A DNA stretch of 64,000 nt from an uncultured Acidobacteriota bacterium (GCA_963844245.1 CAWJNJ010000012.1:12339-76338); one strand, 5' to 3'; counted from the stretch's first letter, positions 11,605 through 20,952 are shown. Program-made: numbers and translations. The notes: generated from the sequence alone by a model not told the origin.

Positions 11605-12482
11605 CCGGACGGTCCGGCACTCGCCGGCTTCTGTCCGCGCGATTCCTGGACGATCTTCACGCCGGCGCTGGCGCCGACTCGGCTCGCGCCTGCCGCCACC
11701 ATCGCCTTCAACCCTTCGAGGTCGCGCACGCCGCCGGCCGCCTTGACGCCCATGTCGTCGCCGACGACGCGGCGCATCAGCGCCACGTCCGCAGCCGTCG
11801 CGCCGCCAGGGCCAAAGCCGGTCGAGGTCTTCACGAAGTCGGCGCCGGCCGCCTTCGAGAGCGTGCAGGCGGTGATCTTCTCTTCGTCGGTCAGGAGCGC
11901 CGCCTCGATGATCACCTTGCTGAGCACGCCGCACTGACGGCACGGCTCGGTCACTGCCTCGATGTCTCGTTCGACGGTGCGGAGATCGCCGGACTTCAGC
12001 GCTCCGACGTTGATGACCATGTCGATCTCGGTAGCGCCGTCGAAAATGGCGCGCCGGGTTTCGAAGTTCTTGACGTCGGCGGTCGTTGCGCCAAGCGGGA
12101 AGCCGACCACCGAACAGACGCCAACGCCGGTGCCGCGCAGCTTTGCCGCCGCGGTCGCCACCCATGCCGGATTGACACAGACCGTCGCAAAGCCGAACTC
12201 CGCGGCTTCGCGGCACAGCTTCTCCACTTCTTCGCGGGTGGCGTCAGCCTTGAGCAGCGTGTGGTCGATCACGCCCGACACCCCCGCCGTCCCGGCGCCG
12301 GTCGCGTGCAGGCCGAGCCTCGTGGCGCCGGCATCGATCATCGAGCGCAGCCGGTCCGGGCAGCAGTCGGCGCGCACCGCATGGCAGCTGCAGGGACCGG
12401 CGGTCGTCGCGGTCCGCTGCGCGGCGACGACTTCTTCGGTGATGATCTCGACGAGCCGCTGAAGATCCTGTGGGTTCAACAC
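11598..12482 (-). CDS. deoC: Deoxyribose-phosphate aldolase with ~70-aa N-terminal extension
   Basis: [52 protein letters not shown]. Confidence 0.96.
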   Translation of the reverse strand: MLNPQDLQRLVEIITEEVVAAQRTATTAGPCSCHAVRADCCPDRLRSMIDAGATRLGLHATGAGTAGVSGVIDHTLLKADATREEVEKLCREAAEFGFATVCVNPAWVATAAAKLRGTGVGVCSVVGFPLGATTADVKNFETRRAIFDGATEIDMVINVGALKSGDLRTVERDIEAVTEPCRQCGVLSKVIIEAALLTDEEKITACTLSKAAGADFVKTSTGFGPGGATAADVALMRRVVGDDMGVKAAGGVRDLEGLKAMVAAGASRVGASAGVKIVQESRGQKPASAGPSGY

Positions 12483-12483
12483 G

Positions 12484-13128
12484 CTACTCTGGATTCTGTT
12501 CGAGACGACGCACCTTGAGCAAGCGCCGGATGTAGCGCGCCTCGCGCATCGCCGTGCCCATCCATGTATCGACGATGCGGAGGGCGGCGTCGTTACCCGG
12601 CAGCAATGTCGAGCCCAGCGTCATGACGTTGCAGCCGTTGTGCTCACGCGAGTAGCGCGCGATGGTCTCATCGGTGCACATCGCGGCGCGGATCCCGTTG
12701 ATCTTGTTGGCCGCGATCGCAGACCCAATGCCCGCGCCGTCGATGACGATGCCGGCGTCTGCCTCACCGCGGGCTACCGTGCGGGCGACGAGCGCTGCAA
12801 TGTCGGGATAGTCCACCGCCTCGGTCGTCGCCGTGCCCAGATCCAGTACCGCGACACCCTTGCTTCTCAGATGCTGCAGGATCGCATTCTTCATCGCGAT
12901 CCCGGTGTGGTCGTTGCCGATCGCCACGCGCCGGATGTCAGCCGCCGGCGCCAGATCATCGGGCAGCGCACCGTCGAAGGATCCAGCCTGGATGACCGTA
13001 ATCTTGCGCTCCGCAAGGGTGTCCTTCGCGAGCGGCGTGACGTGGCCCCCTTTGGCGAGCTCCACCGTGGCGCCACGATCGAGCGTGCGCGCATCGCTCT
13101 CGGTAATGATGTCGAATTTCTTCATCAC
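12484..13128 (-). CDS. rpiB: RpiB/LacA/LacB sugar-phosphate isomerase with N-terminal extra domain
   Basis: [47 protein letters not shown]. Confidence 0.9.
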   Translation of the reverse strand: MMKKFDIITESDARTLDRGATVELAKGGHVTPLAKDTLAERKITVIQAGSFDGALPDDLAPAADIRRVAIGNDHTGIAMKNAILQHLRSKGVAVLDLGTATTEAVDYPDIAALVARTVARGEADAGIVIDGAGIGSAIAANKINGIRAAMCTDETIARYSREHNGCNVMTLGSTLLPGNDAALRIVDTWMGTAMREARYIRRLLKVRRLEQNPE

Positions 13129-13641
13129 CTATTCCTGCAGGACGGCAATGTGCGGCAGGTTGCGATACTTCTCCGCGTAGTCGAGCCCGTATCCGACGAC
13201 GAAGCGATCCTCGATGGTGAAGCCGATATAGTCCACCGGCACTTCGACCTTGCGGCGCGACGGTTTGCTCAGAAGACAGGCCGTGCGGAGGCTCCTCGGA
13301 GCGCGGCTGCGGAGGATCTCCTGCAGGTATTTCAACGTCAAGCCGGTATCGACAATGTCTTCGACGACGATGACGTGGCGATTCTCAAGGCTGGTGTCGA
13401 GGTCCTTCTGGAAGCGAACCTCGCCCGACGACTTCGTGCCCGAGCCGTAACTCGACACCGCGATGAAATCCATCGACACCCGGGTGCTCATGTTCCGGAC
13501 CAGGTCGGACATGAAGACAAATCCACCCTTGAGGACGCAGACCATGTGAATCTCTTCGCCGTCGGGATAATCGCGCTCGATCTCCTGCGCCATTTCCTTC
13601 ACGCGTGCCTGGATCGTCGCGGCGTCGAGCAGGATGTTCAC
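13129..13641 (-). CDS. hpt: Hypoxanthine phosphoribosyltransferase
   Basis: CVLKGGFVFMSDL, SSYG, VIVVEDIVDTGLT, FVVGYGLDYAEKYRNLP. Confidence 0.96.
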   Translation of the reverse strand: MNILLDAATIQARVKEMAQEIERDYPDGEEIHMVCVLKGGFVFMSDLVRNMSTRVSMDFIAVSSYGSGTKSSGEVRFQKDLDTSLENRHVIVVEDIVDTGLTLKYLQEILRSRAPRSLRTACLLSKPSRRKVEVPVDYIGFTIEDRFVVGYGLDYAEKYRNLPHIAVLQE

Positions 13642-15029
13642 TTCTTCACCGCCGCTCGTACCTGTTTCGCGATCTCGTTGGCCTCGCGGATGACGTCCGC
13701 CTCGTTCAACGTCAGCATCTTCCGGTCACGCATCAGTACCTTCCCATTCACGATCGAAGTCCGGACATCCTCACCTCGCGCGACGTAGACGAGATGGGAG
13801 ATCGGATCGTACATCGGCGTCTGGCGCGCGCCGTCGATCGCGACGACGATCAGGTCGGCACGCTTGCCCGCTTCGAGCGAGCCGACGCGGTCCGCCATGC
13901 CGAGCGCGCGGGCGCCTTCGATCGTCGCCATCGCGAGCGCGTCCTTCGCCGGCAGGGCGCGCGGGTCCCGCGTCGCATGCTTCTGCAGCAGGGCGGCCTG
14001 CCGCATCGCTTCGAACATGTCGAGATCGTTGTTGCTGGCGGCGCCGTCGGTGCCGAGGCCAACATTCACCGACGCCGTCCGCATCGCCGGAACTTTGGCC
14101 GTCCCGCTCGCCAGCTTCATGTTGCTCTCGGGATTGTGCGCCACCCCGACCTTGCGCTTTGCCAGGATCTCGATGTCGGCCTCGTCGAGCCACACCGCGT
14201 GCGCGGCCAGCGTCCGCGGACCCCAGAAGTTGAGCGACTCGAGATACCGGGTCGGCGACATCTTGTGCTGCTTCTGGGAGTTCTGCATTTCGTCGGACGT
14301 CTCGGCGAGATGGATGATCACCGGGGCCTGGTACTTGTCGGCCAGCGCGCGCGCGCTCTTCAAGGTGGCGGCGTCGTTGGTGTACATCGCGTGCGGGGCG
14401 ACGGCGGGCGTGATCAGTTCGTCGCCGGCGAACTCCTTCAGGAAGGCCTCCGTCCGGGCGAGCCCCTCCGCCGCTGTCTTCGCATCCGCCACCGGGAACT
14501 GGATGATGGTCTGACCGAGCACGCCGCGCATCCCGGCCTCGCGCGTCACGCGCCCGATCTCCTCCTCGAAGTAATACATGTCCGCATAGGTGGTCGTCCC
14601 CGACTGGATCATCTCCAGGGCGGCCAGCCGCGTCCCGGCCCGGACGAACGCCGGCGTCACGGTTTTCGCTTCGGCCGGGAAGATGTAGCTCTGGAGCCAC
14701 TCCATGAGGGCGAGGTCGTCCGCCAGCCCGCGATAGAGGACCATCGGCGCGTGCCCATGGGTGTTGATCAGGCCGGGCATGACGATCTGCCCCTCGGCAT
14801 CGATCGTCTCTTTGGCCGAGTAGGTTGACGCGATGGATTCTGCGGTATCGACAGCCAGGATCTGATTGCCGCGGATCGCCACCGCCCCGCGCGGCAACAC
14901 CCGCCCCGCCGCATCCATCGTCACTACGATGGCGTTATAGACGATCAGGTCGACCTGCTGGGGCTGGGCCGCTGTCGAGGCCACTACCGCAACGGCTGCC
15001 AGCAGGGTCGCCGCAATTCGTCTCCGCAT
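13638..15029 (-). CDS. Amidohydrolase (MTA/SAH deaminase-like) with signal peptide
   Basis: PGLINTHGH, APHAMYT, IHLAET, AAHAVW, HNPESNMKLASG, LGTDGAASNNDLDMF. N-terminus MRRRIAATLLAAVAVVASTAA. Confidence 0.88.
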   Translation of the reverse strand: MRRRIAATLLAAVAVVASTAAQPQQVDLIVYNAIVVTMDAAGRVLPRGAVAIRGNQILAVDTAESIASTYSAKETIDAEGQIVMPGLINTHGHAPMVLYRGLADDLALMEWLQSYIFPAEAKTVTPAFVRAGTRLAALEMIQSGTTTYADMYYFEEEIGRVTREAGMRGVLGQTIIQFPVADAKTAAEGLARTEAFLKEFAGDELITPAVAPHAMYTNDAATLKSARALADKYQAPVIIHLAETSDEMQNSQKQHKMSPTRYLESLNFWGPRTLAAHAVWLDEADIEILAKRKVGVAHNPESNMKLASGTAKVPAMRTASVNVGLGTDGAASNNDLDMFEAMRQAALLQKHATRDPRALPAKDALAMATIEGARALGMADRVGSLEAGKRADLIVVAIDGARQTPMYDPISHLVYVARGEDVRTSIVNGKVLMRDRKMLTLNEADVIREANEIAKQVRAAVKK

Positions 15030-15058
15030 AAGCTCGTAGATTCTACTCTGCCCGCTCG

Positions 15059-15082
15059 GTAGGCCCGACCTTCAGGTCGGGC
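15059..15082 (+). repeat. GTAG-type REP-like palindrome
   Basis: GTAG-GCCCGACC-TTCA-GGTCGGGC in the divergent intergenic region. Confidence 0.6.
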
Positions 15083-15147
15083 GGACCCGCTTCAGCGACT
15101 TACCCGATGTCGCCTCAGCGCCCGGCCCTTTCTTGTATAGTTCTGCC

Positions 15148-15771
15148 GTGCCCGTCCACATCGTTCCGCATCCCCTCGTACACGACGCGCTCGCGATTCT
15201 CCGCGCTACCGACACGCCGCCTGAACTGTTCCGGCGGATGGCCGTCCGCATCAGCCTGCTGCTGGCGGCTGAAGCGACGCGGGATCTCCCGGCGGCGGCG
15301 GTGACGGTAGCGACGCCGCTCGGCCCGGCGGCGGGCACGCGGGTCAACGGCGATGTCGTCGTCGTGCCGGTACTTCGCGCCGGTCTGGGTATGCTGGATG
15401 CGATCCTGGAGCTGATTCCGACGGCCCGCGTCGGCCATATCGGCCTGCAGCGCGACGAGTTGACCGCCGTCGCCTCGCGTTACTACTCGAAGCTGCCGCA
15501 GGACATGTCGAGGTCCTTCGTCCTGATGATCGACCCGATGCTGGCGACCGGCGGGAGTGCCGTGGCGGCGCTCGATATGTTGCAGGAGGCCGGCGCGAAG
15601 AATGTCCGGATGATCTGCATCGTGTCCGCGCCGGAAGGGATCGCGCTCGTGGAGCAGCATCATCCAGACGTGCATATCTATACGCCGGTCATCGACCACG
15701 GCCTGAACGACCACAAGTTCATCGTCCCTGGCCTGGGCGATTTTGGAGATCGACTCTATGGCACCCACTAA
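15148..15771 (+). CDS. upp: Uracil phosphoribosyltransferase
   Basis: VPVLRAGLGM, GHIGLQRDE, DPMLATGGSA, FIVPGLGDFGDRLYGT. Confidence 0.96.
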   Translation: MPVHIVPHPLVHDALAILRATDTPPELFRRMAVRISLLLAAEATRDLPAAAVTVATPLGPAAGTRVNGDVVVVPVLRAGLGMLDAILELIPTARVGHIGLQRDELTAVASRYYSKLPQDMSRSFVLMIDPMLATGGSAVAALDMLQEAGAKNVRMICIVSAPEGIALVEQHHPDVHIYTPVIDHGLNDHKFIVPGLGDFGDRLYGTH

Positions 15772-16610
15772 GCCGAAGCCGGAGCGCACTGTCGAACGGC
15801 GTGCCGTTCCACGTGAAGCGGACGAGAAGTGGCGCACGTCCCTCACCTGCATCGAGCCGAACAAGATCCTCGTCCGCGGCTATCCGCTCGACGAGATGAT
15901 GGGCCGGCTCACGTTCGGCGAATCGATCTACCTGCTGCTCATGGGTGAAGTGCCGTCGCCGTCGATCGGCAGCTTGATGGAAGCCGTGCTGGTGTCGTTC
16001 ATCGATCACGGCGCGACGCCGCCCTCGACCCTGGCGGCGCGAAACACGGCCACGACCGGCGCGGCGCTGCGGGCCTGCGTGGCGTCGGGGATCCTCGGCT
16101 TCGGCAAGTACCACGGCGGCGACATCGAGTCCTGCATGCACTTCCTCGACTCCGGGCTCTCGCGGGTCCGTAAGGGTGCGACCTATCACGACGCCGCCGC
16201 CACCATCGTCGAGAGGTGCCTCGCACACGGGGAGGCGATCCCGGGGTTCGGGCACCGGTTTCACACCCGCGATCCACGCGCGGCGCGGCTATTCCAGATG
16301 GCGCTGGAGCTCGAGGCCGAAGGCGAGCACGTGCAGATGATCCGGGCCGTGGAAATGGTGATCGGTCGAACGCGCCAAGACCGGTAAGCCGATGCCAGTC
16401 AACATCGATGGTGCCATTGCGGCGGTGTGCGGCGACATCGGGATCCCCCCGGCGGTCGCCAACGCGCTGTTCGTCATCTCGCGCGTGCCCGGGATTGCCG
16501 CGCATGCGCGCGAAGAGATCGAACGCAACACGCCAATGCGCCAGATCGACCCGAAGGATCATCTCTACGATGGTCCGTCACAGCGGCGCCTGCCCGAGCG
16601 GCGCAAGTAG
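15758..16610 (+). CDS. Citryl-CoA lyase / citrate synthase-like protein; one frameshift near 16380
   Basis: WRTSL..ILVRGYPLDEMMG, DHGATPPS, HGG, PGFGHRFHTRDPR, continuing in another frame as PVNIDGAIAA..SRVPGIAAHAREE. Confidence 0.82.
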
Positions 16611-16620
16611 CTGAGCGCCG

Positions 16621-18537
16621 TCATCCGTCTCCGACAGTCACTTCCAGGCCGACTGCGCGCATCAATGCGAGCGCGTTGCTCCGCGTCACAGGACCGGGTT
16701 TGATTCGGTAGTCGAAGGTGATGGCGTCCGCCTCGAAGCTGTCATCGAAGTGGATGTTCGATGCGAGCAGGTCCGGTTCGTCCGCTATAGCAGTGAGTGC
16801 CAGGTCATGCGTCGTGATCATCCCAATGGCGCCCCTGCCGAGAAGGCTGCGCAGAACGCCACCGGCACCGATCAACCGGTCGTGAGAATTGGTGCCGTGG
16901 AAGATCTCGTCTAACAGAAACAGGAGCGGCACGGGACCGTTCGCGATATCGGCCAACCTACGGATGCGCGAGATCTCCGCGTAAAAGCGCGAGCGGCCTT
17001 CAAGAAGCGAATCCTGTATTCGGAGCGTCGCACCAATCGCCAGCGGCGAGAGCCGAAGTGATCGGGCACGTACCGGCGCACCCGCGAGCGCCAGAACGGC
17101 GTTGATGCCGACCGTCCGGAGCAGGGTGCTCTTCCCCGACATGTTCGAGCCGCTGACGACGAGGAGTCTCGTCTGGTCGGAGAGGTGGACGTCGTTGCGC
17201 ACCACGACGGCACGCGGCAGCAGCGGATGCCCGAGCTGCATGCCCTCGAACACGGCGTTCTTCTGCGGCCCCGGATTCGTCCCGACCAGCTCCGGGAAGG
17301 GATCTTCCGGGTGCTCGAAGTGATAACACCCGATTGAACTGAGCGCCTCGAACTGCGCGATCGTTTCAACCCACAAGCGAACATCGCGGCCGTGGACGCG
17401 GCGCCAACGCTCGACGGCGAGCGCGAGGTGGGGGCGGACCAGGACGAGCAGCCCCCCGACACAGATCGCTGCTCCGACAATCCAGACCTGACCGGAGTAG
17501 GCGCCGAGCAAAAACAGACCGAGCGGAACCGCGGCTGCGTTCTCCTGCGAATCATTCAGTTCCGAGAGGCGATTCAGACGCTGGATGATGCGTGACGCGG
17601 GTTGACCGCCACTCACCAATCCAGATTGCAGCTGCACGAGGCGCGTGCTCTTGAACCGAGCGCCCTCCAAGTGTTCCAGCAGCTCGCCGAGCACGCCCAG
17701 TTCCAGGGCGCGATGACCCAGAACGTCCGCGACGAAACCCGCGGTGGTGCCGGGCTCCGAGGTGGACAACATCGCATCCAAATCGGATCTGAAGCGGCGC
17801 ATCGCCAGCACATGCAGGACCACCACGGCTGTGAGCGGCCACCACACGCCGGTGACGGTGAAATAGAGGATGGCCGCCAGGATGGCCGCCGTGAACAACC
17901 AGACGGCCACGCTGACGGTTTGCCGCGGCGGCGTTGGCGACTCGGCCCAATCGAGCAGACGGTCGGTCCGGACGCTCACGCGGACGTCGATGCCGGAGAT
18001 CGCCAGTCGCTCGCGGAGGTCCAGTTCGGAGGCGAGCTCCTGGACCGCCACCTGCCGCGCCTCGATCTCCGGCGGATCGGCCGCAGTGGTCAGCCACCCA
18101 GCCAGCATGGCCTCGCCGGTACGCGTTCGGGCCAGCGACAAGAGTTCGAACAATGAACCCGGACCGAACAGATCCAGGTCATTCGCATACACGTGGCCAT
18201 CGTCGCGAAAGCGTTCCCCGGGGTCGCCAGTCCCTGCCCATCGGTCGTCCAGTCGTGCGATGCCTCGCTCGTAGAAGGCAATACGCCTGACCGACACCTC
18301 ACTGGCACGCAGAATGCGCGCGTGCCGCCACACCAGGTAGGCGAAGATGAAGGCCGGGGCCACGAGCCACCACGCACTGACAGTGGCCTGCCAGACCATC
18401 ACGGCGACGACGACGCCACTCACAAACGTCGCTAGCCTGCCGTAGGCGATTCGCGCTTCAGCGGCGGTTGAGATCTCAAAGGCGGCACGGCCAGCTTCCA
18501 GGCGGGCTTGGTACTCCTGTGCGGGGCGGCGAAGCAT
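16621..18537 (-). CDS. Membrane-anchored MutS-related ATPase (domain V only)
   Basis: N-terminal TM helices; SGSNMSGKSTLLR, SRFYAE, FLLDEIFHGTNS, ITTHD. No mismatch-binding domain recognised. Confidence 0.88.
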   Translation of the reverse strand: MLRRPAQEYQARLEAGRAAFEISTAAEARIAYGRLATFVSGVVVAVMVWQATVSAWWLVAPAFIFAYLVWRHARILRASEVSVRRIAFYERGIARLDDRWAGTGDPGERFRDDGHVYANDLDLFGPGSLFELLSLARTRTGEAMLAGWLTTAADPPEIEARQVAVQELASELDLRERLAISGIDVRVSVRTDRLLDWAESPTPPRQTVSVAVWLFTAAILAAILYFTVTGVWWPLTAVVVLHVLAMRRFRSDLDAMLSTSEPGTTAGFVADVLGHRALELGVLGELLEHLEGARFKSTRLVQLQSGLVSGGQPASRIIQRLNRLSELNDSQENAAAVPLGLFLLGAYSGQVWIVGAAICVGGLLVLVRPHLALAVERWRRVHGRDVRLWVETIAQFEALSSIGCYHFEHPEDPFPELVGTNPGPQKNAVFEGMQLGHPLLPRAVVVRNDVHLSDQTRLLVVSGSNMSGKSTLLRTVGINAVLALAGAPVRARSLRLSPLAIGATLRIQDSLLEGRSRFYAEISRIRRLADIANGPVPLLFLLDEIFHGTNSHDRLIGAGGVLRSLLGRGAIGMITTHDLALTAIADEPDLLASNIHFDDSFEADAITFDYRIKPGPVTRSNALALMRAVGLEVTVGDG

Positions 18538-18714
18538 GGGCTATTGTGGCGCAAGGCTCGCCAGTCGGGCGGATTCAACTGCGGGACTGATAGGGATCGG
18601 GCCCTGGCCGCCCAATGAGCCCTGGGGAATCGATAATCCTGTGTGGGGCGGCGAAGCATGGGCCATTGTGGCGCAAGGCTCGCCAGTCGGGCGGATTCAA
18701 CCGCGGGACCGATA
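18515..18714. repeat. Direct repeat, two ~78-bp near-identical copies
   Basis: TCCTGTG(C/T)GGGGCGGCGAAGCATGGGC(T/C)ATTGTGGCGCAAGGCTCGCCAGTCGGGCGGATTCAAC(T/C)GCGGGAC(T/C)GATA at ~18515-18592 and ~18637-18714. Confidence 0.9.
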
Positions 18715-18745
18715 TAGTCCTCCATGAAGCCCAGCCGCCGAGCCC

Positions 18746-19390
18746 TCAGCGCCGGTCCATCACGGCCGCCTGAACTCTTGCAATCATCTCCTTCAACTGC
18801 GGATCGATCGTTCCCTTGAAGACTTCGTCCGCACCTTTGAGCAGCGGCCTCGCCGATTGGCCCGACACTTCGAAGATGGCACCGTAGTGGATCTGATATC
18901 GCCCGGGCTCCTTGCCTGGAGTCTCACGCAGGAACAAGAGAAACTCGGCGCCATCGTTGATTGCTTCACGGTTGTAATCTGTTCCGCGGACCTGGACGCC
19001 GACCAACACCACGTCGCCGCCATAGACCGTCAGGATGAGCGGCGTCCCCTGGCCAGGCCGCCCTTTTGCCACCATGGCAAAAGCGCCCGCAATCACTCTC
19101 GGCGCACGAATCTCGTAGTCGGTGAGGATGTGATCCCCTCCCGGTGCAACATAGCTCTTGAGTTTCGAGAGTCTAGCCACCAACACGACAGTCGCTTCTC
19201 GAGACACTGTCGCGATTTCCGTCGGCCAATAATCTCCGGGAGGTGCCGGTTGGTTCAATGGCACGCCGGGGTTCTCCATCGACTGCTTCCGGGCCTGGTC
19301 GAGCAGGGCGCTTTGTGTGCCCGTGACAGTTGCCCCATCCACAAGGGGTGCGACGATGAGCGGCCAAAGGAATTTCATCGCGTAGGACAT
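18746..19390 (-). CDS. Hypothetical, probably exported protein
   Basis: 214-aa ORF with protein-like composition and a hydrophobic N-terminus; no family recognised. Confidence 0.55.
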   Translation of the reverse strand: MSYAMKFLWPLIVAPLVDGATVTGTQSALLDQARKQSMENPGVPLNQPAPPGDYWPTEIATVSREATVVLVARLSKLKSYVAPGGDHILTDYEIRAPRVIAGAFAMVAKGRPGQGTPLILTVYGGDVVLVGVQVRGTDYNREAINDGAEFLLFLRETPGKEPGRYQIHYGAIFEVSGQSARPLLKGADEVFKGTIDPQLKEMIARVQAAVMDRR

Positions 19391-19470
19391 TCACCAATCT
19401 ATAGGGAAGGCTGGCTGAGAGTTTTTCCACCTATCCTACCGCCCCTGACAACCGTGCTTGCGCGCGACGT

Positions 19471-20142
19471 CTATCGGTCCTGCCGCTTCAGCACCAGCAT
19501 GCAAAACGACCGAAACCACTCGACCGCGCTCAACAGCCATCTGGGCACCCCGAGATCGACGAGCTTCTGTCGGATCCGTTGACGAAACGCATCGTTGGTG
19601 AGGTAGTCGGGCGGGCGTCGTAGCTGCCGGCATGCCTGATCAATCAGGTCGCCGGGCTCGGGAAGGCGCCGTGCAAATGCGAGCTCGCGGCGAAAGCATA
19701 CCTTCTCGATTCGCTCGCGGAGTTCGGCTGTGTATGCGAAGCCTTTGGCCTCCAGACGAGCATGCGTGCTTTCGTGAACGAGGATCGACGCGATCTCAGC
19801 TGGGGATGTACCTACCTTGCGCACGTGAGTCTCCTCGAGAATGACGAGGCGCTCTTGTCGACGCCAGGATCCTAGCCCGCCTGCCGTCGCAAAGACGAAG
19901 ACACCGTTTGCGTATCGGCCAATATCGCGGAAGGCTTCGCCGCTGTGGTCTTGGACAAGGGCGAGTGCGGCTGTGATCCTTCCGAATACTTCCGCGTTTG
20001 GCTCGTCGCGGCACAGAGCGACGCGGAACGCCCAGGATCTCGCGGCACTCGGCGCGCCGGAACATCCACTCCACGACCCAAGCAGATGCCGACTTCTTGT
20101 TCGAATCCCTACACCCTGGGACTCTTCCAGCCGCAGCATCAC
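19471..20142 (-). CDS. Hypothetical protein with HExxH motif; start uncertain, likely frameshift near 20025
   Basis: ASILVHESTHARL followed by E..CFRRE. Confidence 0.5.
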   Translation of the reverse strand: MMLRLEESQGVGIRTRSRHLLGSWSGCSGAPSAARSWAFRVALCRDEPNAEVFGRITAALALVQDHSGEAFRDIGRYANGVFVFATAGGLGSWRRQERLVILEETHVRKVGTSPAEIASILVHESTHARLEAKGFAYTAELRERIEKVCFRRELAFARRLPEPGDLIDQACRQLRRPPDYLTNDAFRQRIRQKLVDLGVPRWLLSAVEWFRSFCMLVLKRQDR

Positions 20143-20432
20143 CGGACCGAGGACGAGAGGTGTAGGGCTGATGGTCTTCGACAGCGGCTGGCATCAGGGC
20201 AAGAAGCGAGCAAGCCTGATGCCCTGCAATTCTGTGGATTCTCGGTCGTTTTGACGCTACGCCACGTCAATGCTGAGCGGCGCATTACAAAGTTGGTGTT
20301 AGAAGGTCAGACTCATCGAGCACGCACCGAGGGTCGGCCTGCGCCGCTAATGATTGCAGCGACTCACCAAGCGGAGATCGCCAAGTGAGGTAGGTAACCC
20401 CCTCGATGCCCGTAGCGCGGCCGTGGACTCCA

Positions 20433-20789
20433 TCACCAGTCCGACAAGCGCGACCCGTCAGTGGCGTGTCCCATAGCGCCGCTCTTTACGTCACTGATCG
20501 CCGTCGTACTTGCGGCCGGAATCAGGCGCCACGTCTGTGAGGATTTGGTGAACGGGTCCTCTGGCACGCTCCTTAGATACTTCCGTTCAACCAGCGCCGC
20601 CAGAGAGGGCGGCTCAACGCCATTCTCGCGCCGGAAGGCGTCGATCGCGTCGCGCATCCTGAAAAGATGCGAACTCAGCGTTGCCTCGCGAGTCCGGGCC
20701 CATGCCCGCTGGTAGTGGCTCACTCCAGACACAATGGTCCAGATCAGAAGGGTGCCGGCGATAACAATCCACATCTTGCGGCGCGTCAT
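20433..20789 (-). CDS. Type II secretion pseudopilin G-like protein
   Basis: TM segment then REATLSSHLFRMRDAIDAF..PPSLAALVERKYLRSVPEDPFT. No G|FTLIE prepilin site. Confidence 0.7.
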   Translation of the reverse strand: MTRRKMWIVIAGTLLIWTIVSGVSHYQRAWARTREATLSSHLFRMRDAIDAFRRENGVEPPSLAALVERKYLRSVPEDPFTKSSQTWRLIPAASTTAISDVKSGAMGHATDGSRLSDW

Positions 20790-20876
20790 GCGTTTCTGAC
20801 GACGATGCCAGCTCCGAGGTTGGAGAAACGTACGGTCTCCGAGCCAACGCTCCGGCCCGTGCGGTAAGCTCCCCAA

Positions 20877-20922
20877 GAGTTGGGTTTGGAAGTTGGGAGT
20901 TGGGAGTTGGGAGTTGGAGTTG
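20877..20922. repeat. Heptamer tandem repeat (GGGAGTT)n
   Basis: GAGTTGGGTTTGGAAGTTGGGAGTTGGGAGTTGGGAGTTGGAGTTG. Confidence 0.85.
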
Positions 20923-20952
20923 ACCGCTGTCCCGTGAGTCTGCGGGTCTGAT

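Noticed and set aside
10401-12518. Long alternative-frame or antisense ORFs (also 36873-38996, 55442-57526, 59799-61559, 23566-25275)
   Set aside because: Arg/Ala/Pro-rich shadow ORFs typical of high-GC DNA, overlapping well-supported genes.
16621-18537. Canonical mutS partnering mutL at 44.9-46.7 kb
   Set aside because: It has only TM helices and the ATPase domain, without mismatch-recognition or clamp domains.
18515-18714. CRISPR repeat-spacer-repeat, or att sites of a tRNA-Val island
   Set aside because: The repeat is too long for CRISPR, includes a gene start and shares no sequence with the tRNA 3' end. No integrase was seen.
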